From Auanema rhodensis (taxonomy: Eukaryota > Animalia > Nematoda): a stretch of 64,000 bases of DNA. Location of the stretch: NCBI GenBank assembly GCA_964057225.1, contig OZ059899.1, positions 17,236,001-17,300,000 on the forward strand. The letters are read 5' to 3'. Below are positions 23,801 to 39,285 of this stretch, in pieces (positions within the stretch are counted from its first letter, which is position 1; every line of letters starts with the position of its first letter). A program made the translations under genes and the position numbers. The notes beneath the pieces are model-generated. The model did no database searches. It was not told the origin of the DNA and worked only from the letters and a program-made list of their open reading frames with translations.

Positions 23801-26800
23801 TACATTGAGAAAAGCTTAATACAAAACTTAGTTATGATCGTTTGAAAAAAGATGCATTAGTGTATGTTGAGTTTCCATGTACACTCAACATTGCTTCCAA
23901 AAACATTTTTACAAAAATTTTTCCGAAAAATTTCGAAATAATTTCGCAGAAAGTAGATGTTTTTAGATTCCTTTTTTCAAGGCAAAGACGATGGACAATG
24001 TTATTCAACGAAAAAATTAATTCTCCAGGGTGAAAATCGAGGATGTAAGTGTGAGCTTATATCAGTTGATATCTCGGTGCATTTTTAAGCTAGCGCAAAT
24101 CTGATAACACAGATCGACGCAGCTTACAAATCCGCATCGAATGCACTATACAACATTGAGAAACGCTTAATACAAAAATTAGTTATGATCGTTTGAAAAA
24201 TGATGCATTAGTGTATGTTGAGTTTCCATGTACACTCAACATTGCTTCCAAAAACATTTTGACAAAAATTTTTTCGAAAAATTTCAAAATAATTTCGCAA
24301 AAAGTAAATGTTTTTAGATTCCTTTTTTTAAGGCAAAGACGATGGACAATGTTATTCAACGAAAAAATTAATTCTCCAGGGTGAAAATCGAGGATGTAAG
24401 TGTGAGCTTATATCAGTTGATATCTCGGTGCATTTTTAAGCTAGCGCAAATCTGATAACACAGATCGACGCAGCTTAAAAATCCGCATCGAATGCACTAT
24501 ACAACATTGAGAAACGCTTGATACAAAAATTAGTTATGATCGTTTGAAAAATGATGCATTAGTGTATGTTGAGTTTCCATGTACACTCAACATTGCTTCC
24601 AAAAACATTTTTACAAAAATTTTTCCGAAAAATTACAAAATAATTTCGCAAAAAGTAGATGTTTTTAGATTCCTTTTTTCAAGGCAAAGACGATGGACAA
24701 TGTTATTCAACGAAAAAATTAATTCTCCAGGGTGAAAATCGAGAATATAAGTGTGAACTTATATCAGTTGATATCTCGGTGCATTTTTAAGCTAGCGCAA
24801 ATCTGATAACACAGATCGACGCAGCTTAAAAATCCGCATCGAATGCACTATACAACATTGAGAAACGCTTAATACAAAAATTAGTTATGATCGTTTGAAA
24901 AATGATGCATTAGTGTATGTTGAGTTCCCATGTACACTCAACATTGCTTCCAAAAACATTTTGACAAAATTTTTTTCGAAAAATTTCAAAATAATTTCGC
25001 AAAAAGTAAATGTTTTTAGATTCCTTTTTTTAAGGCAAAGACGATGGACAATGTTATTCAACGAAAAAATTAATTCTCCAGGGTGAAAATCGAGGATGTA
25101 AGTGTGAGCTTATATCAGTTGATATCTCGGTGCATTTTTAAGCTAGCGCAAATCTGATAACACAGATCGACGCAGCTTACAAATCCGCATCGAATGCACT
25201 ATACAACATTGAGAAACGCTTAATACAAAAATTAGTTATGATCGTTTGAAAAATGATGCATTAGTGTATGTTGAGTTTCCATGTACACTCAACATTGCTT
25301 CCAAAAACATTTTGACAAAATTTTTTTCGAAAAATTTCGAAATAATTTCGCAAAAAGTGAATGTTTTTAGATTCCGTTTTTCAAGGCAAAGACGATGGAC
25401 AATGTTATTCAACGAAAAAATTAATTCTGCAGAATGAAAATCGAGGATATAAGTGTGAACTTATATCAGTTGATATCTCGGTGCATTTTTAAGCTAGCGC
25501 AAATCTGATAACACAGATCGACGCAGCTTAGAAATCCGCATCGAATGCACTATACAACATTGAGAAACGCTTAATACAAAAATTAGTTATGATCGTTTGA
25601 AAAATGATGCATTAGTGTATGTTGAGTTTCCATGTACACTCAACATTGCTTCCAAAAACATTTTTACAAAAATTTTTCCGAAAAATTTCAAAATAATTTC
25701 GCAAAAAGTAGATTTTTTTAGATTCCTTTTTTCAAGGCAAAGACGATGAACAATGTTATTCAACGAAAAAATTAATTCTCCAGGGTGAAAATCGAGGATG
25801 TAAGTGTGAGCTTATATCAGTTGATATCTCGGTGCATTTTTAAGCTAGCGCAAATCTGATAACACAGATCGACGCAGCTTACAAATCCGCATCGAATGCA
25901 CTATACAACATTGAGAAACGCTTAATACAAAAATTAGTTATGATCGTTTGAAAAATGATGCATTAGTGTATGTTGAGTTTCCATGTACACTCAACATTGC
26001 TTCCAAAAACAATTTGACAAAAATTTTTTCGAAAAATTTCAAAATAATTTCGCAAAAAGTAAATGTTTTTAGATTCCTTTTTTTAAGGCAAAGACGATGG
26101 ACAATGTTATTCAACGAAAAAATTAATTCTTCAGGGTAAAAATCGAGGATATAAGTGTGAACTTATATCAGTTGATATCTCGGTGCATTTTTAAGCTAGC
26201 GCAAATCTGATAACACAGATCGACGCAGCTTACAAATCCGCATCGAATGCACTATACAACATTGAGAAACGCTTAATACAAAAATTAGTTATGATCGTTT
26301 GAAAAATGATGCATTAGTGTATGTTGAGTTTCCATGTACACTCAACATTGCTTCCAAAAACATTTTGACAAAAATTTTTTCGAAAAATTTCAAAATAATT
26401 TCGCAAAAAGTAGATGTTTTTAGATTCCTTTTTTTAAGGCAAAGACGATGGACAATGTTATTCAACGAAAAAATTAATTCTGCAGGGTGAAAATCGAGGA
26501 TGTAAGTGTGAACTTATATCAGTTGATATCTCGGTGCATTTTTAAGCTAGCGCAAATCTGATAACTCAGATCGACGCAGTTTAAAAATCCGCATCGAATG
26601 CACTATACTACATTGAGAAAAGCTTAATACAAAACTTAGTTATGATCGTTTGAAAAAAGATGCATTAGTGTATGTTGAGTTTCCATGTACACTCAACATT
26701 GCTTCCAAAAACATTTTTACAAAAATTTTTCCGAAAAATTTCGAAATAATTTCGCAGAAAGTAGATGTTTTTAGATTCCTTTTTTCAAGGCAAAGACGAT

Positions 26801-29800
26801 GGACAATGTTATTCAACGAAAAAATTAATTCTCCAGGGTGAAAATCGAGGATGTAAGTGTGAGCTTATATCAGTTGATATCTCGGTGCATTTTTAAGCTA
26901 GCGCAAATCTGATAACACAGATCGACGCAGCTTACAAATCCGCATCGAATGCACTATACAACATTGAGAAACGCTTAATACAAAAATTAGTTATGATCGT
27001 TTGAAAAATGATGCATTAGTGTATGTTGAGTTTCCATGTACACTCAACATTGCTTCCAAAAACATTTTGACAAAAATTTTTTCGAAAAATTTCAAAATAA
27101 TTTCGCAAAAAGTAAATGTTTTTAGATTCCTTTTTTTAAGGCAAAGACGATGGACAATGTTATTCAACGAAAAAATTAATTCTGCAGGGTGAAAATCGAG
27201 GATGTAAGTGTGAACTTATATCAGTTGATATCTCGGTGCATTTTTAAGCTAGCGCAAATCTGATAACACAGATCGACGCAGTTTAAAAATCCGCATCGAA
27301 TGCACTATACTACATTGAGAAACGCTTAATACAAAACTTAGTTATGATCGTTTGAAAAAAGATGCATTAGTGTATGTTGAGTTTCCATGTACACTCAACA
27401 TTGCTTCCAAAAACATTTTTACAAAAATTTTTCCGAAAAATTTCGAAATAATTTCGCAGAAAGTAGATGTTTTTAGATTCCTTTTTTCAAGGCAAAGACG
27501 ATGGACATTGTTATTCAACGAAAAAATTAATTCTGCAGGGTGAAAATCGAGGATGTAAGTGTGAGCTTATATCAGTTGATATCTCGGTGCATTTTTAAGC
27601 TAGCGCAAATCTGATAACACAGATCGACGCAGCTTACAAATCCGCATCGAATGCACTATACAACATTGAGAAACGCTTAATACAAAAATTAGTTATGATC
27701 GTTTGAAAAATGATGCATTAGTGTATGTTGAGTTTCCATGTACACTCAACATTGCTTCCAAAAACATTTTGACAAAAATTTTTTCGAAAAATTTCAAAAT
27801 AATTTCGCAAAAAGTAAATGTTTTTAGATTCCTTTTTTTAAGGCAAAGACGATGGACAATGTTATTCAACGAAAAAATTAATTCTCCAGGGTGAAAATCG
27901 AGGATGTAAGTGTGAGCTTATATCAGTTGATATCTCGGTGCATTTTTAAGCTAGCGCAAATCTGATAACACAGATCGACGCAGCTTAAAAATCCGCATCG
28001 AATGCACTATACAACATTGAGAAACGCTTGATACAAAAATTAGTTATGATCGTTTGAAAAATGATGCATTAGTGTATGTTGAGTTTCCATGTACACTCAA
28101 CATTGCTTCCAAAAACATTTTTACAAAAATTTTTCCGAAAAATTACAAAATAATTTCGCAAAAAGTAGATGTTTTTAGATTCCTTTTTTCAAGGCAAAGA
28201 CGATGGACAATGTTATTCAACGAAAAAATTAATTCTCCAGGGTGAAAATCGAGGATGTAAGTGTGAGCTTATATCAGTTGATATCTCGGTGCATTTTTAA
28301 GCTAGCGCAAATCTGATAACACAGATCGACGCAGCTTAAAAATCCGCATCGAATGCACTATACAACATTGAGAAACGCTTGATACAAAAATTAGTTATGA
28401 TCGTTTGAAAAATGATGCATTAGTGTATGTTGAGTTTCCATGTACACTCAACATTGCTTCCAAAAACATTTTTACAAAAATTTTTCCGAAAAATTACAAA
28501 ATAATTTCGCAAAAAGTAGATGTTTTTAGATTCCTTTTTTCAAGGCAAAGACGATGGACAATGTTATTCAACGAAAAAATTAATTCTCCAGGGTGAAAAT
28601 CGAGAATATAAGTGTGAACTTATATCAGTTGATATCTCGGTGCATTTTTAAGCTAGCGCAAATCTGATAACACAGATCGACGCAGCTTAAAAATCCGCAT
28701 CGAATGCACTATACAACATTGAGAAACGCTTAATACAAAAATTAGTTATGATCGTTTGAAAAATGATGCATTAGTGTATGTTGAGTTCCCATGTACACTC
28801 AACATTGCTTCCAAAAACATTTTGACAAAATTTTTTTCGAAAAATTTCAAAATAATTTCGCAAAAAGTAAATGTTTTTAGATTCCTTTTTTTAAGGCAAA
28901 GACGATGGACAATGTTATTCAACGAAAAAATTAATTCTCCAGGGTGAAAATCGAGGATGTAAGTGTGAGCTTATATCAGTTGATATCTCGGTGCATTTTT
29001 AAGCTAGCGCAAATCTGATAACACAGATCGACGCAGCTTACAAATCCGCATCGAATGCACTATACAACATTGAGAAACGCTTAATACAAAAATTAGTTAT
29101 GATCGTTTGAAAAATGATGCATTAGTGTATGTTGAGTTTCCATGTACACTCAACATTGCTTCCAAAAACATTTTGACAAAATTTTTTTCGAAAAATTTCG
29201 AAATAATTTCGCAAAAAGTGAATGTTTTTAGATTCCGTTTTTCAAGGCAAAGACGATGGACAATGTTATTCAACGAAAAAATTAATTCTGCAGAATGAAA
29301 ATCGAGGATATAAGTGTGAACTTATATCAGTTGATATCTCGGTGCATTTTTAAGCTAGCGCAAATCTGATAACACAGATCGACGCAGCTTAGAAATCCGC
29401 ATCGAATGCACTATACAACATTGAGAAACGCTTAATACAAAAATTAGTTATGATCGTTTGAAAAATGATGCATTAGTGTATGTTGAGTTTCCATGTACAC
29501 TCAACATTGCTTCCAAAAACATTTTTACAAAAATTTTTCCGAAAAATTTCAAAATAATTACGCAAAAAGTAGATTTTTTTAGATTCCTTTTTTCAAGGCA
29601 AAGACGATGAACAATGTTATTCAACGAAAAAATTAATTCTCCAGGGTGAAAATCGAGGATGTAAGTGTGAGCTTATATCAGTTGATATCTCGGTGCATTT
29701 TTAAGCTAGCGCAAATCTGATAACACAGATCGACGCAGCTTACAAATCCGCATCGAATGCACTATACAACATTGAGAAACGCTTAATACAAAAATTAGTT

Positions 29801-32800
29801 ATGATCGTTTGAAAAATGATGCATTAGTGTATGTTGAGTTTCCATGTACACTCAACATTGCTTCCAAAAACATTTTGACAAAAATTTTTTCGAAAAATTT
29901 CAAAATAATTTCGCAAAAAGTAAATGTTTTTAGATTCCTTTTTTTAAGGCAAAGACGATGGACAATGTTATTCAACGAAAAAATTAATTCTTCAGGGTAA
30001 AAATCGAGGATATAAGTGTGAACTTATATCAGTTGATATCTCGGTGCATTTTTAAGCTAGCGCAAATCTGATAACACAGATCGACGCAGTTTAAAAATCC
30101 GCATCGAATGCACTATACTACATTGAGAAACGCTTAATACAAAACTTAGTTATGATCGTTTGAAAAAAGATGCATTAGTGTATGTTGAGTTTCCATGTAC
30201 ACTCAACATTGCTTCCAAAAACATTTTGACAAAAATTTTTCCAAAAAATTTCAAAATAATTTCGCAAAAAGTGAATGTTTTTAGATTCCGTTTTTCAAGG
30301 CAAAGACGATGGACAATGTTATTCAACGAAAAAATTAATTCTGCAGAATGAAAATCGAGGATATAAGTGTGAACTTATATCAGTTGATATCTCGGTGCAT
30401 TTTTAAGCTAGCGCAAATCTGATAACACAGATCGACGCAGCTTAGAAATCCGCATCGAATGCACTATACAACATTGAGAAACGCTTAATACAAAAATTAG
30501 TTATGATCGTTTGAAAAATGATGCATTAGTGTATGTTGAGTTTCCATGTACACTCAACATTGCTTCCAAAAACATTTTTACAAAAATTTTTCCGAAAAAT
30601 TTCAAAATAATTTCGCAAAAAGTAGATTTTTTTAGATTCCTTTTTTCAAGGCAAAGACGATGAACAATGTTATTCAACGAAAAAATTAATTCTCCAGGGT
30701 GAAAATCGAGGATGTAAGTGTGAGCTTATATCAGTTGATATCTCGGTGCATTTTTAAGCTAGCGCAAATCTGATAACACAGATCGACGCAGCTTACAAAT
30801 CCGCATCGAATGCACTATACAACATTGAGAAACGCTTAATACAAAAATTAGTTATGATCGTTTGAAAAATGATGCATTAGTGTATGTTGAGTTTCCATGT
30901 ACACTCAACATTGCTTCCAAAAACATTTTGACAAAAATTTTTTCGAAAAATTTCAAAATAATTTCGCAAAAAGTAAATGTTTTTAGATTCCTTTTTTTAA
31001 GGCAAAGACGATGGACAATGTTATTCAACGAAAAAATTAATTCTTCAGGGTAAAAATCGAGGATATAAGTGTGAACTTATATCAGTTGATATCTCGGTGC
31101 ATTTTTAAGCTAGCGCAAATCTGATAACACAGATCGACGCAGTTTAAAAATCCGCATCGAATGCACTATACTACATTGAGAAACGCTTAATACAAAACTT
31201 AGTTATGATCGTTTGAAAAAAGATGCATTAGTGTATGTTGAGTTTCCATGTACACTCAACATTGCTTCCAAAAACATTTTGACAAAAATTTTTCCAAAAA
31301 ATTTCAAAATAATTTCGCAAAAAGTGAATGTTTTTAGATTCCGTTTTTCAAGGCAAAGACGATGGACAATGTTATTCAACGAAAAAATTAATTCTGCAGA
31401 ATGAAAATCGAGGATATAAGTGTGAACTTATATCAGTTGATATCTCGGTGCATTTTTAAGCTAGCGCAAATCTGATAACACAGATCGACGCAGTTTAAAA
31501 ATCCGCATCGAATGCACTATACTACATTGAGAAACGCTCAATACAAAAATTAGTTATGATCGTTTGAAAAATGATGCATTAGTGTATGTTGAGTTTCCAT
31601 GTACACTCAACATTGCTTCCAAAAACATTTTGACAAAAATTTTTCCAAAAAATTTCAAAATAATTTCGCAAAAAGTGAATGTTTTTAGATTCCGTTTTTC
31701 AAGGCAAAGACGATGGACAATGTTATTCAACGAAAAAATTAATTCTGCAGAATGAAAATCGAGGATATAAGTGTGAACTTATATCAGTTGATATCTCGGT
31801 GCATTTTTAAGCTAGCGCAAATCTGATAACACAGATCGACGCAGTTTAAAAATCCGCATCGAATGCACTATACTACATTGAGAAACGCTCAATACAAAAA
31901 TTAGTTATGATCGTTTGAAAAATGATGCATTAGTGTATGTTGAGTTTCCATGTACACTCAACATTGCTTCCAAAAACATTTTTACAAAAATTTTTCCGAA
32001 AAATTTCAAAATAATTTCGCAAAAAGTAGATGTTTTTAGATTCCTTTTTTCAAGGCAAAGACGATGGACAATGTTATTCAACGAAAAAATTAATTCTCCA
32101 GGGTGAAAATCGAGGATGTAAGTGTGAGCTTATATCAGTTGATATCTCGGTGCATTTTTAAGCTAGCGCAAATCTGATAACACAGATCGACGCAGCTTAC
32201 AAATCCGCATCGAATGCACTATACAACATTGAGAAACGCTTAATACAAAAATTAGTTATGATCGTTTGAAAAATGATGCATTAGTGTATGTTGAGTTTCC
32301 ATGTACACTCAACATTGCTTCCAAAAACATTTTGACAAAAATTTTTTCGAAAAATTTCAAAATAATTTCGCAAAAAGTAGATGTTTTTAGATTCCTTTTT
32401 TTAAGGCAAAGACGATGGACAATGTTATTCAACGAAAAAATTAATTCTGCAGGGTGAAAATCGAGGATGTAAGTGTGAACTTATATCAGTTGATATCTCG
32501 GTGCATTTTTAAGCTAGCGCAAATCTGATAACTCAGATCGACGCAGTTTAAAAATCCGCATCGAATGCACTATACTACATTGAGAAAAGCTTAATACAAA
32601 ACTTAGTTATGATCGTTTGAAAAAAGATGCATTAGTGTATGTTGAGTTTCCATGTACACTCAACATTGCTTCCAAAAACATTTTTACAAAAATTTTTCCG
32701 AAAAATTTCGAAATAATTTCGCAGAAAGTAGATGTTTTTAGATTCCTTTTTTCAAGGCAAAGACGATGGACAATGTTATTCAACGAAAAAATTAATTCTC

Positions 32801-34371
32801 CAGGGTGAAAATCGAGGATGTAAGTGTGAGCTTATATCAGTTGATATCTCGGTGCATTTTTAAGCTAGCGCAAATCTGATAACACAGATCGACGCAGCTT
32901 ACAAATCCGCATCGAATGCACTATACAACATTGAGAAACGCTTAATACAAAAATTAGTTATGATCGTTTGAAAAATGATGCATTAGTGTATGTTGAGTTT
33001 CCATGTACACTCAACATTGCTTCCAAAAACATTTTGACAAAAATTTTTTCGAAAAATTTCAAAATAATTTCGCAAAAAGTAAATGTTTTTAGATTCCTTT
33101 TTTTAAGGCAAAGACGATGGACAATGTTATTCAACGAAAAAATTAATTCTGCAGGGTGAAAATCGAGGATGTAAGTGTGAACTTATATCAGTTGATATCT
33201 CGGTGCATTTTTAAGCTAGCGCAAATCTGATAACACAGATCGACGCAGTTTAAAAATCCGCATCGAATGCACTATACTACATTGAGAAACGCTTAATACA
33301 AAACTTAGTTATGATCGTTTGAAAAAAGATGCATTAGTGTATGTTGAGTTTCCATGTACACTCAACATTGCTTCCAAAAACATTTTTACAAAAATTTTTC
33401 CGAAAAATTTCGAAATAATTTCGCAGAAAGTAGATGTTTTTAGATTCCTTTTTTCAAGGCAAAGACGATGGACATTGTTATTCAACGAAAAAATTAATTC
33501 TGCAGGGTGAAAATCGAGGATGTAAGTGTGAGCTTATATCAGTTGATATCTCGGTGCATTTTTAAGCTAGCGCAAATCTGATAACACAGATCGACGCAGC
33601 TTACAAATCCGCATCGAATGCACTATACAACATTGAGAAACGCTTAATACAAAAATTAGTTATGATCGTTTGAAAAATGATGCATTAGTGTATGTTGAGT
33701 TTCCATGTACACTCAACATTGCTTCCAAAAACATTTTGACAAAAATTTTTTCGAAAAATTTCAAAATAATTTCGCAAAAAGTAAATGTTTTTAGATTCCT
33801 TTTTTTAAGGCAAAGACGATGGACAATGTTATTCAACGAAAAAATTAATTCTCCAGGGTGAAAATCGAGGATGTAAGTGTGAGCTTATATCAGTTGATAT
33901 CTCGGTGCATTTTTAAGCTAGCGCAAATCTGATAACACAGATCGACGCAGCTTAAAAATCCGCATCGAATGCACTATACAACATTGAGAAACGCTTGATA
34001 CAAAAATTAGTTATGATCGTTTGAAAAATGATGCATTAGTGTATGTTGAGTTTCCATGTACACTCAACATTGCTTCCAAAAACATTTTTACAAAAATTTT
34101 TCCGAAAAATTACAAAATAATTTCGCAAAAAGTAGATGTTTTTAGATTCCTTTTTTCAAGGCAAAGACGATGGACAATGTTATTCAACGAAAAAATTAAT
34201 TCTCCAGGGTGAAAATCGAGGATGTAAGTGTGAGCTTATATCAGTTGATATCTCGGTGCATTTTTAAGCTAGCGCAAATCTGATAACACAGATCGACGCA
34301 GCTTACAAATCCGCATCGAATGCACTATACAACATTGAGAAACGCTTAATACAAAAATTAGTTATGATCGT
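17875..34371. repeat. Variable higher-order repeat: four units of 12, 8, 11 and 16 monomers starting at 17875, 22087, 24895 and 28756
   Basis: Each unit opens with the gagttccc monomer, followed by the gcttagaaat monomer, the gatttttttaga/gatgaacaa monomer and the tcttcagggtaa monomer, and closes with the aattacaaa monomer. Confidence 0.9.
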
Positions 34372-37179
34372 TTGAAAAATGATGCATTAGTGTATGTTGA
34401 GTTTCCATGTACACTCAACATTGCTTCCAAAAACATTTTTACAAAAATTTTTCCGAAAAATTTCGAAATAATTTCGCAGAAAGTAGATGTTTTTAGATTC
34501 CTTTTTTCAAGGCAAAGACGATGGACAATGTTATTCAACGAAAAAATTAATTCTCCAGGGTGAAAATCGAGGATGTAAGTGTGAGCTTATATCAGTTGAT
34601 ATCTCGGTGCATTTTTAAGCTAGCGCAAATCTGATAACACAGATCGACGCAGCTTACAAATCCGCATCGAATGCACTATACAACATTGAGAAACGCTTAA
34701 TACAAAAATTAGTTATGATCGTTTGAAAAATGATGCATTAGTGTATGTTGAGTTTCCATGTACACTCAACATTGCTTCCAAAAACATTTTGACAAAAATT
34801 TTTTCGAAAAATTTCAAAATAATTTCGCAAAAAGTAAATGTTTTTAGATTCCTTTTTTTAAGGCAAAGACGATGGACAATGTTATTCAACGAAAAAATTA
34901 ATTCTGCAGGGTGAAAATCGAGGATGTAAGTGTGAACTTATATCAGTTGATATCTCGGTGCATTTTTAAGCTAGCGCAAATCTGATAACACAGATCGACG
35001 CAGTTTAAAAATCCGCATCGAATGCACTATACTACATTGAGAAACGCTTAATACAAAACTTAGTTATGATCGTTTGAAAAAAGATGCATTACTGTATGTT
35101 GAGTTTCCATGTACACTCAACATTGCTTCCAAAAACATTTTTACAAAAATTTTTCCGAAAAATTTCGAAATAATTTCGCAGAAAGTAGATGTTTTTAGAT
35201 TCCTTTTTTCAAGGCAAAGACGATGGACATTGTTATTCAACGAAAAAATTAATTCTGCAGGGTGAAAATCGAGGATGTAAGTGTGAGCTTATATCAGTTG
35301 ATATCTCGGTGCATTTTTAAGCTAGCGCAAATCTGATAACACAGATCGACGCAGCTTACAAATCCGCATCGAATGCACTATACAACATTGAGAAACGCTT
35401 AATACAAAAATTAGTTATGATCGTTTGAAAAATGATGCATTAGTGTATGTTGAGTTTCCATGTACACTCAACATTGCTTCCAAAAACATTTTGACAAAAA
35501 TTTTTTCGAAAAATTTCAAAATAATTTCGCAAAAAGTAAATGTTTTTAGATTCCTTTTTTTAAGGCAAAGACGATGGACAATGTTATTCAACGAAAAAAT
35601 TAATTCTGCAGGGTGAAAATCGAGGATGTAAGTGTGAACTTATATCAGTTGATATCTCGGTGCATTTTTAAGCTAGCGCAAATCTGATAACACAGATCGA
35701 CGCAGCTTAAAAATCCGCATCGAATGCACTATACAACATTGAGAAACGCTTAATACAAAAATTAGTTATGATCGTTTGAAAAATGATGCATTAGTGTATG
35801 TTGAGTTTCCATGTACACTCAACATTGCTTCCAAAAACATTTTTACAAAAATTTTTCCGAAAAATTTCGAAATAATTTCGCAAAAAGTAGATGTTTTTAG
35901 ATTCCTTTTTTCAAGGCAAAGACGATGGACAATGTTATTCAACGAAAAAATTAATTCTCCAGGGTGAAAATCGAGGATGTAAGTGTGAGCTTATATCAGT
36001 TGATATCTCGGTGCATTTTTAAGCTAGCGCAAATCTGATAACACAGATCGACGCAGCTTACAAATCCGCATCGAATGCACTATACAACATTGAGAAACGC
36101 TTAATACAAAAATTAGTTATGATCGTTTGAAAAATGATGCATTAGTGTATGTTGAGTTTCCATGTACACTCAACATTGCTTCCAAAAACATTTTGACAAA
36201 AATTTTTTCGAAAAATTTCAAAATAATTTCGCAAAAAGTAAATGTTTTTAGATTCCTTTTTTTAAGGCAAAGACGATGGACAATGTTATTCAACGAAAAA
36301 ATTAATTCTGCAGGGTGAAAATCGAGGATGTAAGTGTGAACTTATATCAGTTGATATCTCGGTGCATTTTTAAGCTAGCGCAAATCTGATAACACAGATC
36401 GACGCAGTTTAAAAATCCGCATCGAATGCACTATACTACATTGAGAAACGCTTAATACAAAACTTAGTTATGATCGTTTGAAAAAAGATGCATTAGTGTA
36501 TGTTGAGTTTCCATGTACACTCAACATTGCTTCCAAAAACATTTTTACAAAAATTTTTCCGAAAAATTTCGAAATAATTTCGCAGAAAGTAGATGTTTTT
36601 AGATTCCTTTTTTCAAGGCAAAGACGATGGACATTGTTATTCAACGAAAAAATTAATTCTGCAGGGTGAAAATCGAGGATGTAAGTGTGAGCTTATATCA
36701 GTTGATATCTCGGTGCATTTTTAAGCTAGCGCAAATCTGATAACACAGATCGACGCAGCTTACAAATCCGCATCGAATGCACTATACAACATTGAGAAAC
36801 GCTTAATACAAAAATTAGTTATGATCGTTTGAAAAATGATGCATTAGTGTATGTTGAGTTTCCATGTACACTCAACATTGCTTCCAAAAACATTTTGACA
36901 AAAATTTTTTCGAAAAATTTCAAAATAATTTCGCAAAAAGTAAATGTTTTTAGATTCCTTTTTTTAAGGCAAAGACGATGGACAATGTTATTCAACGAAA
37001 AAATTAATTCTCCAGGGTGAAAATCGAGGATGTAAGTGTGAGCTTATATCAGTTGATATCTCGGTGCATTTTTAAGCTAGCGCAAATCTGATAACACAGA
37101 TCGACGCAGCTTAAAAATCCGCATCGAATGCACTATACAACATTGAGAAACGCTTAATACAAAAATTAGTTATGATCGT

Positions 37180-39285
37180 TTGAAAAATGATGCATTAGTG
37201 TATGTTGAGTTTCCATGTACACTCAACATTGCTTCCAAAAACATTTTTACAAAAATTTTTCCGAAAAATTTCAAAATAATTTCGCAAAAAGTAGATGTTT
37301 TTAGATTCCTTTTTTCAAGGCAAAGACGATGGACAATGTTATTCAACGAAAAAATTAATTCTCCAGGGTGAAAATCGAGGATGTAAGTGTGAGCTTATAT
37401 CAGTTGATATCTCGGTGCATTTTTAAGCTAGCGCAAATCTGATAACACAGATCGACGCAGCTTACAAATCCGCATCGAATGCACTATACAACATTGAGAA
37501 ACGCTTAATACAAAAATTAGTTATGATCGTTTGAAAAATGATGCATTAGTGTATGTTGAGTTTCCATGTACACTCAACATTGCTTCCAAAAACATTTTGA
37601 CAAAAATTTTTTCGAAAAATTTCAAAAAAATTTCGCAAAAAGTAAATGTTTTTAGATTCCTTTTTTTAAGGCAAAGACGATGGACAATGTTATTCAACGA
37701 AAAAATTAATTCTCCAGGGTGAAAATCGAGGATGTAAGTGTGAGCTTATATCAGTTGATATCTCGGTGCATTTTTAAGCTAGCGCAAATCTGATAACACA
37801 GATCGACGCAGCTTACAAATCCGCATCGAATGCACTATACAACATTGAGAAACGCTTAATACAAAAATTAGTTATGATCGTTTGAAAAATGATGCATTAG
37901 TGTATGTTGAGTTTCCATGTACACTCAACATTGCTTCCAAAAACATTTTGACAAAAATTTTTCCGAAAAATTTCAAAATAATTTCGCAAAAAGTAAATGT
38001 TTTCAGATTCCGTTTTTCAAGGCAAAGACGATGGACAATGTTATTCAACGAAAAAATTAATTCTGCAGAATGAAAATCGAGGATATAAGTGTGAACTTAT
38101 ATCAGTTGATATCTCGGTGCATTTTTAAGCTAGCGCAAATCTGATAACACAGATCGACGCAGCTTAAAAATCCGCATCGAATGCACTATACAACATTGAG
38201 AAACGCTTAATACAAAAATTAGTTATGATCGTTTGAAAAATGATGCATTAGTGTATGTTGAGTTTCCATGTACACTCAACATTGCTTCCAAAAACATTTT
38301 TACAAAAATTTTTCCGAAAAATTTCAAAATAATTTCGCAAAAAGTAGATGTTTTTAGATTCCTTTTTTCAAGGCAAAGACGATGGACAATGTTATTCAAC
38401 GAAAAAATTAATTCTCCAGGGTGAAAATCGAGGATGTAAGTGTGAGCTTATATCAGTTGATATCTCGGTGCATTTTTAAGCTAGCGCAAATCTGATAACA
38501 CAGATCGACGCAGCTTACAAATCCGCATCGAATGCACTATACAACATTGAGAAACGCTTAATACAAAAATTAGTTATGATCGTTTGAAAAATGATGCATT
38601 AGTGTATGTTGAGTTTCCATGTACACTCAACATTGCTTCCAAAAACATTTTGACAAAAATTTTTTCGAAAAATTTCAAAAAAATTTCGCAAAAAGTAAAT
38701 GTTTTTAGATTCCTTTTTTTAAGGCAAAGACGATGGACAATGTTATTCAACGAAAAAATTAATTCTCCAGGGTGAAAATCGAGGATGTAAGTGTGAGCTT
38801 ATATCAGTTGATATCTCGGTGCATTTTTAAGCTAGCGCAAATCTGATAACACAGATCGACGCAGCTTACAAATCCGCATCGAATGCACTATACAACATTG
38901 AGAAACGCTTAATACAAAAATTAGTTATGATCGTTTGAAAAATGATGCATTAGTGTATGTTGAGTTTCCATGTACACTCAACATTGCTTCCAAAAACATT
39001 TTGACAAAAATTTTTCCAAAAAATTTCAAAATAATTTCGCAAAAAGTGAATGTTTTCAGATTCCGTTTTTCAAGGCAAAGACGATGGACAATGTTATTCA
39101 ACGAAAAAATTAATTCTGCAGAATGAAAATCGAGGATATAAGTGTGAACTTATATCAGTTGATATCTCGGTGCATTTTTAAGCTAGCGCAAATCTGATAA
39201 CACAGATCGACGCAGCTTACAAATCCGCATCGAATGCACTATACAACATTGAGAAACGCTTAATACAAAAATTAGTTATGATCGT
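37180..39285. repeat. Tandem duplication of a 3-monomer (1053-bp) unit
   Basis: The rare variants ttcaaaaaaatttcg (monomers 37531, 38584) and ttttcagattccgt (37882, 38935) recur at a 1053-bp offset. Confidence 0.85.
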
